Positions 9,486-19,258 of a stretch of DNA of 64,000 nucleotides are shown here, piece after piece. The stretch covers positions 3,472 to 67,471 of the forward strand of contig CAWCNJ010000003.1 of NCBI GenBank assembly GCA_963796955.1, in the 5' to 3' direction. The notes beneath the pieces were generated by a model. The model saw only the letters and a list, made by a program, of their open reading frames with translations, made no database searches and was not told the origin of the DNA. The position numbers and the translations under genes were made by a program. The stretch is from Endomicrobiales bacterium. GTDB taxonomy: Bacteria; Elusimicrobiota; Endomicrobiia; Endomicrobiales; JALOBY01. Positions within the stretch are counted from its first letter, which is position 1, and each line of letters starts with the position of its first letter.

Positions 9486-10874
9486 ATGGAAAACTTTCAT
9501 CTGCATGAACTGATAAACGCGGTCAAAGGGGAATTTCTGCTCGGAGACCCGCATTTAAACGTCGACAGGGTTTCGATCGATACGCGTTCCATCCACAAGG
9601 GGAATGTGTATTTTGCACTCATCGGCAAAAATTTCGACGGCCATACGTTCCTGAAAGAGGCCATTGACAAGGGCGCCTCAATACTCGTAATATCAAGCCA
9701 TAATGTGGAGTTGGGCAATCCTTTTCCCGTCATGCCGGCTATAATCCGGGTGCCCGATACGACGACGGCGCTGGGTGATATGGCCGCGGCTTACCGGCGA
9801 AAATTCAAGATCCCCGTCGTAGCTGTGACCGGCACGAACGGGAAAACCACTACTAAACAGATGCTTGCCTCCATACTGGAGCACCGTGCCCCCGTGCTTG
9901 CCACGGAAGGGAATTTCAATAACCAGATCGGCCTGCCGCTGACCCTGGCGAATTTATCGGAAAAACATTCTTATGCCGTCGTAGAAATGGGGACGTCGTA
10001 CCACGGCGAGATCAAAAGATTATGCGAGATAGCCCGGCCTTCCGTCGGGATCATAACGAATATCGGCGTTGCCCATTTGAACAATTTCGTTAATCAGGAG
10101 GGGGTTTATCTGGAAAAGAAGACGTTACTGGAAAGCCTTCCTTCCGACGGATGCGCGGTCTTGAATATCGATGACCATTACCTGGCCCAGCTGCAGGACA
10201 CCCTGCCTTGCGAGACCATCACCTTCGGGCTGACCGGCAAGGCGCAGATCAGCGCGCGGGACCTGAAACTGTGGCCGGATTATCCGCAGTTCGACCTGGT
10301 TATCAATCAACAGTCTATACATATCAAGATGCCGGTGTACGGGCATTTTAACGTCTATAACGCGATGGGGGCAGCCGCGGCGGCCTTTAAACTGGGCATG
10401 ACCATCGAAGAGATCCGGGCCGGGATAGAGTCCTTTAAGCCGGCGGCGATGCGTATGGAAGTCAAGGAATTGCTTGCCAGTAATATCACGGTAATAAACG
10501 ATGCGTATAATGCGAATCCTTCCAGCATGAGGGAGGCTCTTTCTTCTCTTTTTCAGTCATTCACCGATCGTGAGATAGTGATGGTGCTGGGCGACATGCT
10601 GGAACTCGGCGTGTCAGCGGATGAGGAGCACCGTCAGCTGGGCGAATTCTTGAAGACCCAGCCGGGCGGTACGATATTGTTTTACGGGCCTTTGATGCAT
10701 AAAGCCTTCGAGGCCTGCGACAACCCGGATGCCCGGCATTTCACGGATATGCATAAGATGATGGCGGAACTGGAAAGATCGTTGAAGCCGGGAATGGTGG
10801 TTTTCTTTAAAGGTTCGCGCGGCATGAAGCTGGAGACCGCCGCGCACAAGGTCATGAGCCGCGAAGGTAAATAA
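9486..10874 (+). CDS. murF: UDP-MurNAc-tripeptide--D-Ala-D-Ala ligase
   Basis: GTNGKTTTK, NFNNQIGLP, DAYNANP.SM, GDMLELG, KGSRG. Confidence 0.96.
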   Translation: MENFHLHELINAVKGEFLLGDPHLNVDRVSIDTRSIHKGNVYFALIGKNFDGHTFLKEAIDKGASILVISSHNVELGNPFPVMPAIIRVPDTTTALGDMAAAYRRKFKIPVVAVTGTNGKTTTKQMLASILEHRAPVLATEGNFNNQIGLPLTLANLSEKHSYAVVEMGTSYHGEIKRLCEIARPSVGIITNIGVAHLNNFVNQEGVYLEKKTLLESLPSDGCAVLNIDDHYLAQLQDTLPCETITFGLTGKAQISARDLKLWPDYPQFDLVINQQSIHIKMPVYGHFNVYNAMGAAAAAFKLGMTIEEIRAGIESFKPAAMRMEVKELLASNITVINDAYNANPSSMREALSSLFQSFTDREIVMVLGDMLELGVSADEEHRQLGEFLKTQPGGTILFYGPLMHKAFEACDNPDARHFTDMHKMMAELERSLKPGMVVFFKGSRGMKLETAAHKVMSREGK

Positions 10875-10883
10875 AGGTACTTT

Positions 10884-11969
10884 ATGTTCTACCACCTGCT
10901 GTACAATCTGCGAAACCATTTTTCACCGTTCAATATATTCCAATATATAACGTTCCGCGCCGCGGGCGCCATACTCACCAGCCTGTTGATCTGTCTGCTG
11001 CTCGGCCCGAAACTTATCGGGCGCCTCAGGGCGCTGAAGATCGGTCAGACGATCCGCACCGACGGCCCGCAGTCTCATCTTGCAAAAGCCGGCACCCCTA
11101 CGATGGGTGGCTTGCTTATTTTGATCTCGATGGTAAGCTCGACGCTGTTATGGGCCAGGCTGGATAATGTTTTCATACTTATTACGCTGGCCGCAGCTCT
11201 GTGGCTCGGTTTCCTGGGTTTTTACGACGATTATCTCAAACTCATAAAAAAGAACCCGAAGGGTCTTTCTTCCAAAAACAAAATGCTGGGCCAGCTGATA
11301 TTGGGTATTGCGGTAGCAGCCTATCTGTGGTTCAATCCTTCTAATCCTCAGTACGTAAGCTCCGTGAACATCCCCTACCTTAAGGACACGTTCGTTAATT
11401 TGTATCTCGGCTATACGTTATTTGTGATCTTTATAATAGTAGGCAGCTCTAACGGCGTTAATTTGACGGACGGGCTGGACGGTCTTGCCGTAGGCAATAT
11501 CATCGTGGCCGCCCTGACCCTGGGTTTCTTCGCGTATTTTACCGGCAATATCAAGATCTCCCAATACTTGCGCATCATCCACGTTGCGGGCGCCGGTGAA
11601 TTGAGCGTATATCTGGGGGCGATGATAGGCGCGGGCCTGGGTTTTCTCTGGTTCAATGCGTATCCTGCGGAAGTTTTCATGGGGGATACGGGCAGCCTGT
11701 TCCTGGGCGGAACACTGGGGCTGTGCGCGGTTTTCATAAAGCAGGAGCTTATACTGGTCGTGATCGGCGGGGTTTTTGTGATGGAAACTCTTTCCGTGAT
11801 GCTGCAGGTCTCTGTGTTCCGGCGTACCGGTAAGCGCGTTTTCCGTATGGCGCCGATACATCATCATTTCGAACTGTCGGGCTGGCCTGAAACGAAAGTG
11901 ACCGTCCGTTTCTGGATAATAGGCATCGTACTGGCACTGGTGGCGATCGCTTCCTTAAAACTGAGATAA
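10884..11969 (+). CDS. mraY: Phospho-MurNAc-pentapeptide transferase
   Basis: GTPTMGG, DD.LK, NLTDGLDGLA, FMGDTGSL, MAPIHHHFEL. Confidence 0.97.
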   Translation: MFYHLLYNLRNHFSPFNIFQYITFRAAGAILTSLLICLLLGPKLIGRLRALKIGQTIRTDGPQSHLAKAGTPTMGGLLILISMVSSTLLWARLDNVFILITLAAALWLGFLGFYDDYLKLIKKNPKGLSSKNKMLGQLILGIAVAAYLWFNPSNPQYVSSVNIPYLKDTFVNLYLGYTLFVIFIIVGSSNGVNLTDGLDGLAVGNIIVAALTLGFFAYFTGNIKISQYLRIIHVAGAGELSVYLGAMIGAGLGFLWFNAYPAEVFMGDTGSLFLGGTLGLCAVFIKQELILVVIGGVFVMETLSVMLQVSVFRRTGKRVFRMAPIHHHFELSGWPETKVTVRFWIIGIVLALVAIASLKLR

Positions 11970-11970
11970 C

Positions 11971-13311
11971 ATGAACATACGCGGCAAAAACGTCGGTGTC
12001 ATAGGCCTGGGGACATCCGGCATCGCGGCAGCTAATCTGGCAAAAAGTAAGGGCGCCCGTGTGCTGGTCAGCGAGGCCGCGCCGAAGGAAAAACGGCTCG
12101 CGTTCGTCAGAAAATTAGCCAGGGGCATAGAAACGGAATTCGGCGGCAACACCGACCGCCTGCTGGAAAGCTCGCTGATAGTAAAAAGCCCCGGAGTACC
12201 GAATCATCTTCCCGTGCTCGAACAAGCGCGAAAGAAACGCATACCGGTGATCGGCGAAATAGAATTTGCCAACGGTTACAATCCTTCCAGACACATCATT
12301 GCCATCACCGGAACGAACGGTAAAACGACAACAACGACATTGGTCGGAGAAATCATCTCCGCCTCCGGCGTGAAAACATTTGTCGGGGGCAACATCGGTC
12401 ACCCTCTTGCGGGGGCGTTGGCAACTGTAACATCCGCCACCCGAGTTGTACTTGAAATGTCCAGCTATCAGTTAGAAGATGCGCCCGGGTTCCATCCGCG
12501 CATAGCGGCCATTTTGAACGTCACTCCCGACCATATGGAACACCACGGTTCCATGAAAAACTATACCGACGCAAAAGCACGCGTATTCGCCAACCAGACA
12601 AAGCAGGATCACTGCGTACTGAACTACGATGATGAAGCCTGCCGCGCCCTCGCAAAAAAGTGTCAGGCGCAGGTTGTTTTTTTCAGCCGGGTAAAGAAAT
12701 TGGAGCAGGGTATTTGGCTGGACAATGACCGGTTGATAATGAAGTATAAGAGCTATGCTTATTCGATCCCGGTCGATTTTAAGATCCCCGGCAACCATAA
12801 TCTTGAAAATATCATGGCTGCGGTCGCGATCTGCATCATCGCGGGCGTTAAACCGGCGGTCGTGACAAAAGCGGTGCGCAACTTTAAAGGTGTTGAACAC
12901 CGTATAGAATTTGTCCGGGAAGTGGACGGTGTGCGGTATGTGAACGATTCGAAGGGCACCAATGTTGATTCGACGAGAGTCGCCCTTGAGTCGTATGATG
13001 CGCCGGTCTGGCTTATACTGGGCGGACGGGATAAAGGCTCGCCGTATGCTCCGCTGAAAGCACTCATTAAAAAGAACGTGGCCGGTATATTGCTTATCGG
13101 CGAGGCTGTGCCGATAATAAAGGAACAGTTGTCCGGCACCGCGCGAATGTATGAGTGCGGCGATATGCAGGGGGCGGTAACGTTCGCTCACTGCCATGCG
13201 AAACCCGGTTCCGTGGTCCTGCTGTCGCCTGCCTGCGCTTCTTTTGATCAGTATAATAATTACGAAGAACGCGGCCGGGATTTTAAAAAGCTTGTAAAGT
13301 TAATAAAATAA
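11971..13311 (+). CDS. murD: UDP-MurNAc-L-Ala--D-Glu ligase
   Basis: GLGTSG, TGTNGKTTT, EMSSYQL, NDSKGTN, LSPACASFDQY..YEERG. Confidence 0.96.
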   Translation: MNIRGKNVGVIGLGTSGIAAANLAKSKGARVLVSEAAPKEKRLAFVRKLARGIETEFGGNTDRLLESSLIVKSPGVPNHLPVLEQARKKRIPVIGEIEFANGYNPSRHIIAITGTNGKTTTTTLVGEIISASGVKTFVGGNIGHPLAGALATVTSATRVVLEMSSYQLEDAPGFHPRIAAILNVTPDHMEHHGSMKNYTDAKARVFANQTKQDHCVLNYDDEACRALAKKCQAQVVFFSRVKKLEQGIWLDNDRLIMKYKSYAYSIPVDFKIPGNHNLENIMAAVAICIIAGVKPAVVTKAVRNFKGVEHRIEFVREVDGVRYVNDSKGTNVDSTRVALESYDAPVWLILGGRDKGSPYAPLKALIKKNVAGILLIGEAVPIIKEQLSGTARMYECGDMQGAVTFAHCHAKPGSVVLLSPACASFDQYNNYEERGRDFKKLVKLIK

Positions 13312-13355
13312 ATATTATAATAATTAAACACTAGATACTTGGCAGTAAGGGGGAA

Positions 13356-14138
13356 GTGATAGTGAGCAACATAGGAAAGAGTTCGCAAGAGCCGTGTTCT
13401 AATGAGACCAAACGCCCTGAGGGGAGGTTTGGTTATTTATTTGGCGAAAAGAAAATGATGGAAATGATATCCACCATCGCGCATGAGCTGAGAAATCCGC
13501 TGCTCGCGATAAAAATGGCCGCGTTCAATATTCGAAGGAAAACCGATAACAGGGAACTCGACAGACATATTAATACTATTAATAAGAAGGTTTCTGAGTG
13601 TGACACGATCATTGAGAACGTTTTGAGTTTCGGGAAACATAATATCCCGAGATTTGAACCGGTGCTGCTGAGAGATGTGATAATCGAAAGCCTGGATGTG
13701 CTGGCTGACAAATATAAGGGCTGGTCCGTAGAGGTAAAGCACGATCTGACCAGACCGGATGGCTACCTGCTTGAAGCAGACCCGCACCAGTTGTCCTCAT
13801 TGTTTTCCAATGTTCTTGATAACGCCTTCCAGTCTTTGCCGGAAAAGAAGGGCATTGTGGAGATCACCGTGATGCCCGAGAACGAGCACGGTCTTCATGT
13901 GCTGGTCAAAGACAGCGGTTCAGGTATTCCCAAAGATGTGCTTGATAAAGTCTTCGAGCCTTTTTATACCACCAAAGCGACAGGCACGGGACTTGGCTTA
14001 ACGGTCTGCCGGAAGATAGTGGATCTGCACGGTGGGAAGCTTAATATCGTAAGCGTCGAAGGCGAGGGCACTTCCGTGACCATATCGCTGCCGACAAAGC
14101 AAAACGCGGCGTCCGATATGCCGGAACCTCTTCAATAG
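13356..14138 (+). CDS. Sensor-less histidine kinase (HisKA + HATPase only); start uncertain (may be ATG 13455)
   Basis: IAHELRNPL, NVLDNA, DSGSGI, FEPFYTTK..GTGLGL; no TM or sensor domain. Confidence 0.8.
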   Translation: MIVSNIGKSSQEPCSNETKRPEGRFGYLFGEKKMMEMISTIAHELRNPLLAIKMAAFNIRRKTDNRELDRHINTINKKVSECDTIIENVLSFGKHNIPRFEPVLLRDVIIESLDVLADKYKGWSVEVKHDLTRPDGYLLEADPHQLSSLFSNVLDNAFQSLPEKKGIVEITVMPENEHGLHVLVKDSGSGIPKDVLDKVFEPFYTTKATGTGLGLTVCRKIVDLHGGKLNIVSVEGEGTSVTISLPTKQNAASDMPEPLQ

Positions 14139-14195
14139 TCGCACTCTTCCACGTGGCTTCCTCCATCTAAATAATTCTTACACAGGGAAAATGGT

Positions 14196-15740
14196 ATGAA
14201 TGAGCACAAGATCGCCGGCGTTATTGATATAGGGACGAATTCCATTAAGCTTATGATCGCTGAAGCGGGACCGCATGGCATCACCACCCTTGAGTCCCTG
14301 AAGAATACAACCCAGCTCGGCCGCGATACGTTTTTCAGGAACCGCATTACGCAGTCATCCATTAATGCAACGGTCGGCATATTGGATAAATATCGCGAGA
14401 AGCTCAAAGAATATGCGGTGACAAATGTCAAGGTCATCGCCACCACCGCGGTAAGGGAAGCCGGCAACAGCGACGTTTTCGTTGATACTGTTTTGCGTCG
14501 GGCCGGATTCACTATTGAGATACTGACCCCCGGCGACGTCGTATATTATATAGATGCCTATTTATACCACACCCTTAAAGACCGCTACCCGCTGCATGAC
14601 AAAAACCTGCTGATAGCGGAACTGGGCGCCGGCAGCCTTGATGTTTCGCTGCTCGCGCGAGGCTACATTCTCATGAACGCCGGGCTTCCTCTGGGTACGC
14701 TGCGTCTGAGACAGCTGGTGAATAAGCTTGATGGTTCGCGGCAGGAAAACTTTGAAGCGGCCGCAGAACATATAGAAAACCAGCTGGCGTACTTCAAGCG
14801 CGACATGCCCCCGGTAACCGTTGATGATATTATCCTGATCGGCGAGGGTTACAACCCTTACTTAGCGGAAATCCTGACCAACAAAGTTTTGCGCGGTAAC
14901 TTTTTCCGGCTGACGGAGGAAGATACCATTGAACTGTTGGACAAATGCATGGATAAGCCTGCCGGTGATCTCGCCGCGGACTTGAAGATACCACTTGAGA
15001 TCGCTGATACGCTTCCGGCGTATGCCATGGTACAGAGCGGCCTGTTGAATATGGCAGAGAGCAAAAGCGTCTACATCCTCGAGGCTTCCCTTGCGGAAGC
15101 GATCCTGGCCGATATGCTGCTGGATTATGAGATATCCAAAAAATACAATAAAACGAACCAGCTGTTATCTATTGCGGCCGCAATAAGCCAGAAATATAAC
15201 GTTGACATGGAACACGTAACGTGTGTGTCAAAGTTCGCCGAGACGCTGTTTGAGAGTTTCAGGGAGATATTGGGACTTAAGAAGTCAGATTCGCTCTATC
15301 TTTTGCTGGCGGCCTACCTGCATGATATCGGTATGTTCCTTAATAACCGGGCGCACCATAAGCATACGGAATACGTGATCTCGAATATGAACCTTTTTCG
15401 CCTGTCGCAGGAGGAGATCAAAGTTATAGCCTGCGTAGCACGGTACCACAGAAAAGGCAGGCCGGCAAAAACGCATCTCACCTACGGCTCTTTGTCGGCG
15501 GAAAAGCAGATGCTGGTGCAGAAACTCAGCGCGATACTGAGGATCGCCAACTGCCTGGATAGTTCTCATAATCAGAAGATACGGCGCATTGAGGTTACGA
15601 CCGCTCCTTCGCGGGATATTACTGTCACCGTCCACGCCGAGGGTAATGTGATGCTTGAAAAACTTGATTTCAACGAGAAAAAGGAGATCTTTGAGGAAAT
15701 ATCCGGCAACCATATCACCTTAAAGATAATTCAATTATGA
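14196..15740 (+). CDS. ppx: Ppx/GppA-family exopolyphosphatase with HD domain (atypical catalytic motifs)
   Basis: DIGTNSIKL, ATTAVREAGN, LPLGTLRL, YLHDIG...HHKH, ARYHRK. Confidence 0.88.
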   Translation: MNEHKIAGVIDIGTNSIKLMIAEAGPHGITTLESLKNTTQLGRDTFFRNRITQSSINATVGILDKYREKLKEYAVTNVKVIATTAVREAGNSDVFVDTVLRRAGFTIEILTPGDVVYYIDAYLYHTLKDRYPLHDKNLLIAELGAGSLDVSLLARGYILMNAGLPLGTLRLRQLVNKLDGSRQENFEAAAEHIENQLAYFKRDMPPVTVDDIILIGEGYNPYLAEILTNKVLRGNFFRLTEEDTIELLDKCMDKPAGDLAADLKIPLEIADTLPAYAMVQSGLLNMAESKSVYILEASLAEAILADMLLDYEISKKYNKTNQLLSIAAAISQKYNVDMEHVTCVSKFAETLFESFREILGLKKSDSLYLLLAAYLHDIGMFLNNRAHHKHTEYVISNMNLFRLSQEEIKVIACVARYHRKGRPAKTHLTYGSLSAEKQMLVQKLSAILRIANCLDSSHNQKIRRIEVTTAPSRDITVTVHAEGNVMLEKLDFNEKKEIFEEISGNHITLKIIQL

Positions 15741-17779
15741 ACAAGGATACCCCGGTACGACCAGGCGAAAAATTCATTCATCGCGACCTGAGCTGGCTTG
15801 CCTTTAACGAAAGGGTGCTGGATGAGGCAAATGACAAGACGAACCCGGTTCTCGAACGGGTTAAATTCCTTGCGATATGCGCCGGCAATCTTGATGAGTT
15901 CCTTATGGTGCGCGTGGCCGGCATGCGTCGTCTTATTGACTCGGGGTTCAACCGCAAGGACATATTCGGCTATTATATGCAGGATCTGTATGCCGCCTCC
16001 AGGGAACGCTACGGGAAACTGTTGATGCGGTTATACAAGACCTGGCAGGAACAGATAGCCGCTGAACTGGAGGCGCAAAAGGTACATGTTCTGAAGGCCC
16101 ATCAGTTAAGCCCGGCGCAAAAAAAGTCGGTCAAAAGATATTTTGATACCACGCTGTATCCTATTATTACTCCGCTCGCTGTTGATCAAAGTCATCCTTT
16201 CCCCGTGCTTCATTCCAAAACAAATGTGTTCGCGGTGTACCTGGACCGCGGCGGGGACCACCATCAGCTAGCGTTGATAATGATACCGCAGTCCGTGCCG
16301 AGGCTCTTCAGACTCCCCGCCGAAAAAGACGCTTTGAACTGTATCCTTATAGACGATATTATACGTGAGAATCTGGGAACCTTTTTTAAGGGCTACACGA
16401 TCGAGGCCAGTTTTATTTTCCGTGTGATACGTGACAGTGCACTGGATGTGAAAGAAGAGTACACGCCGGATCTGCTTAAAGCTATCGAGCGCGAGATACA
16501 GAAACGGCCGATGGCAAAGGTCGCGAGCCTGCAGGTAGAAAAAAAACACCACCCGCGCCTGCTTGAACTGATCTATACCGGGCTCGCCTTCACCAAGGAT
16601 GAGATCACGGTCATCGACGGCGACCTTGATCTTACCTGCCTCTTCGGTTTGACGTCTATGGTGACGGGACCAGAGCTTGCTTATCATAGTTTTGTGCCTT
16701 CAAAAATGGAATACGACTCCATCTTTGACCGTATCGGTGAGGGGGATTTCATTGTACACATGCCTTACCAGTCGTTCCAGCCGACGGTCGACCTTATTCA
16801 GACAGCGGCGAAAGATGCCGGCGTCCTGGCCATAAAGATGACGCTGTACCGCACCAATGAGGATTCGGCCATTATCAGAGGCTTGATCGAGGCAGCGAAG
16901 AATGGTAAACAAGTGACAGTGCTTGTGGAGATAAAGGCGCGTTTTGACGAAGAAAAAAATATCGACTGGACCAGGGAGCTGGAGGCGGCGGGTTGTCACG
17001 TGGTGTACGGGATCCCCGGCATGAAGGTGCACTCCAAGGCCGCATTGATCGTGCGCCGGGAGGATGGGCGTATACGACGGTATGTGCATCTGTCGACTGG
17101 TAATTACAATGAAAGAACGGCAAAACTTTACACGGATATCGGTTATTTTACGGTCAATGAAGATGTCGCCACGGATATATCCGACCTTTTTAACGTTATT
17201 ACCGGCTATTCTCTGCCGTCCCGCTGGAGGCGGATCGTTGCCGCACCGTTCGATATGAGGAACTATTTCTACGAACTTATAGACAAGGAGATAGAGCATC
17301 AACGAAGTCATAAGAACGGTTTTATATTTGCGAAAATGAATTCACTGGAAGATGTTCAGATGATAGAAAAACTTTACCAGGCATCGAACGAGGGCGTGCG
17401 GATACAATTGCTGGTCCGCGGCATCTGCTGTCTTATACCCGGCGTCAAAGGCATGAGCGAAAATATCTGGGTCAAGAGTATCGTAGGAAGGTTTCTGGAA
17501 CATTCCCGTATTTATTATTTTAATAACAACGGCGAGCCGCGTACCTTTCTTGCTTCCGCCGATTGGATGCAGCGAAATCTTGACCGCAGGATAGAGCTGC
17601 TTTTCGAAATACGCCGCGACGACCTCAAAGAGGAATTAAAGAATATCCTTGATACGTATTGGAAGGATGCCGCCAAAACGCGTACCCTTACCGCTAACGG
17701 AACCTATAGCAAGCCAAAAAATGTCGATGATAAAACGTTCAACGCTCAGGAGTATTTTATTGATCATTACACCAGGTGA
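15737..17779 (+). CDS. ppk1: Polyphosphate kinase 1
   Basis: RDLSWLAFNERVL, NLDEF.MVRVAG, KARFDEE.N, KVHSK, HLSTGNYN, RFLEHSR, SADWM.RN; ATGA overlap with ppx. Confidence 0.96.
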   Translation: MNKDTPVRPGEKFIHRDLSWLAFNERVLDEANDKTNPVLERVKFLAICAGNLDEFLMVRVAGMRRLIDSGFNRKDIFGYYMQDLYAASRERYGKLLMRLYKTWQEQIAAELEAQKVHVLKAHQLSPAQKKSVKRYFDTTLYPIITPLAVDQSHPFPVLHSKTNVFAVYLDRGGDHHQLALIMIPQSVPRLFRLPAEKDALNCILIDDIIRENLGTFFKGYTIEASFIFRVIRDSALDVKEEYTPDLLKAIEREIQKRPMAKVASLQVEKKHHPRLLELIYTGLAFTKDEITVIDGDLDLTCLFGLTSMVTGPELAYHSFVPSKMEYDSIFDRIGEGDFIVHMPYQSFQPTVDLIQTAAKDAGVLAIKMTLYRTNEDSAIIRGLIEAAKNGKQVTVLVEIKARFDEEKNIDWTRELEAAGCHVVYGIPGMKVHSKAALIVRREDGRIRRYVHLSTGNYNERTAKLYTDIGYFTVNEDVATDISDLFNVITGYSLPSRWRRIVAAPFDMRNYFYELIDKEIEHQRSHKNGFIFAKMNSLEDVQMIEKLYQASNEGVRIQLLVRGICCLIPGVKGMSENIWVKSIVGRFLEHSRIYYFNNNGEPRTFLASADWMQRNLDRRIELLFEIRRDDLKEELKNILDTYWKDAAKTRTLTANGTYSKPKNVDDKTFNAQEYFIDHYTR

Positions 17780-18665
17780 GGATGATGACCTTAAAACCAG
17801 TATCATCACGGCGGCGCGCCGCCATTTGCAGGAATTTATAGCAGAGAGGACTAAGGTCTGTCGGGGAAAAGGTATCGGACCGGTCCACCGGATGCGCGTC
17901 GCTTCCCGGCGGCTCAGGGTTGCGCTGCAGGTGCTGGAAGGCGGTTTGCCTGATAAGAAGTGCCGAAAATGGAGAAAGAAGGTGCGGTTCTTCGGAAGGG
18001 CTCTCGGTGCCGCAAGAGAATTGGATGTACAGCGCAGGTTTTTCCGTCAACTGCGCAGGAGCGCGGCAGCCGTACGTTACGCAGACGGTATCGACCTTAT
18101 TGGCGAATATCTAACATCGGAACGGCGCAAGGTTCAAAAGAGGTTAACCCGTTTATTCAAAAAGGACGGGTTTTGCGGCAGCATTGCCGGAATCGATACA
18201 TACCTTAAAAAACGCCTAGCCGCAGAGTACGCGGATACCGCCGAAAGTTTTAACGGTCGTGTAAGCTGTTTCGCCCGCGCTCAGTTAAAAGAATTGCTGC
18301 TTTTGGAACCGGTCATTTTACGGCCGGGCAACGAAAAGTTGCTGCATGGAATGCGTATAGCGGCGAAGAAACTTCGCTATACCCTGGAGCTTCTGGGATC
18401 CCCGCGGCAAAAGTTAGCGAGGTATATCCGCGCGGTGACCGATGTCCAGGATATTCTTGGCGACATCCATGAGATGGATGTTATGGCCGCCTGTCTTGAT
18501 AGCGTTCCATTGACCGGAAAACACGGTAAAAAAATCAGCGCTGCCGCCGCTTTTGCAGCCGGCGAATGCCGGCTTTTGAGGGAACGAATGTTCAGGAGGT
18601 TTACAGCCCGGTGGAACAATCTGAGAAAAGAAAAGATCTGGCCGCAGCTCAGGGAAACCCTTTAA
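17760..18665 (+). CDS. CHAD domain polyphosphate-binding protein
   Basis: VHRMRVASRRLR, LGAARELDV, LHGMRIAAKKLRY, QDILGDIHEMDV; very basic; start TTG 17760 with AGGAG upstream. Confidence 0.88.
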   Translation: MIITPGEDDDLKTSIITAARRHLQEFIAERTKVCRGKGIGPVHRMRVASRRLRVALQVLEGGLPDKKCRKWRKKVRFFGRALGAARELDVQRRFFRQLRRSAAAVRYADGIDLIGEYLTSERRKVQKRLTRLFKKDGFCGSIAGIDTYLKKRLAAEYADTAESFNGRVSCFARAQLKELLLLEPVILRPGNEKLLHGMRIAAKKLRYTLELLGSPRQKLARYIRAVTDVQDILGDIHEMDVMAACLDSVPLTGKHGKKISAAAAFAAGECRLLRERMFRRFTARWNNLRKEKIWPQLRETL

Positions 18666-19258
18666 TTCAAACTGCCATAGCGATCTCGCGGTCCTGCAAT
18701 TATGAGGAAGGGCACGCTGAACGCGCCCGCAGGGTCGCGCTGTTGTTGTTCGACCAGCTTACGGCACTGCATAAACTGGGGCCGGAAGAAAGGAACTTGC
18801 TTCAGGCAGCGGCCCTGCTGCATGATGCAGGGTGGGTCAATGGGCGCAGCAAACATCATAAGACCTCTCTTGAGATCATCGTCAGATCGACAGAGCTGCC
18901 GTTGCCTGAGAAACGGCGCATTATGCTGGGTCTGATCGCCAGATATCATCGCAAGAGCCTGCCGGATAACTCACACAAATACTATTCGGAACTCGACGCC
19001 GGATCGAAGTCCGTTGTCAGTCAGCTTGCGTCTTTGCTGAGAGTGGCTGACGGGCTGGATAAAAGCCGCGCTTCATTGATCGAAGCTTTGAAATGCGAGA
19101 TATCAGCGGATCTTATCGTTATATCGGTCTGGGGAAGTAAGGTCTTGCAGGAGGATATCAAGGCCGGACAAATGAAGACCGACCTGATGGAAAAATTTTT
19201 TCATAAAGAAGTATGCGTCAGGCGCGGCCGCGAACAAGAGCCACACTCCCCAGGATGA
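18611..19258 (+). CDS. Stand-alone HD domain protein (Ppx C-terminal-like)
   Basis: H..RV...ALLLFDQL, AALLHDAG...HHK.S, ARYHRK, LRVADGLD; GTG 18611 preceded by AGGAGG. Confidence 0.85.
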   Translation: MEQSEKRKDLAAAQGNPLIQTAIAISRSCNYEEGHAERARRVALLLFDQLTALHKLGPEERNLLQAAALLHDAGWVNGRSKHHKTSLEIIVRSTELPLPEKRRIMLGLIARYHRKSLPDNSHKYYSELDAGSKSVVSQLASLLRVADGLDKSRASLIEALKCEISADLIVISVWGSKVLQEDIKAGQMKTDLMEKFFHKEVCVRRGREQEPHSPG

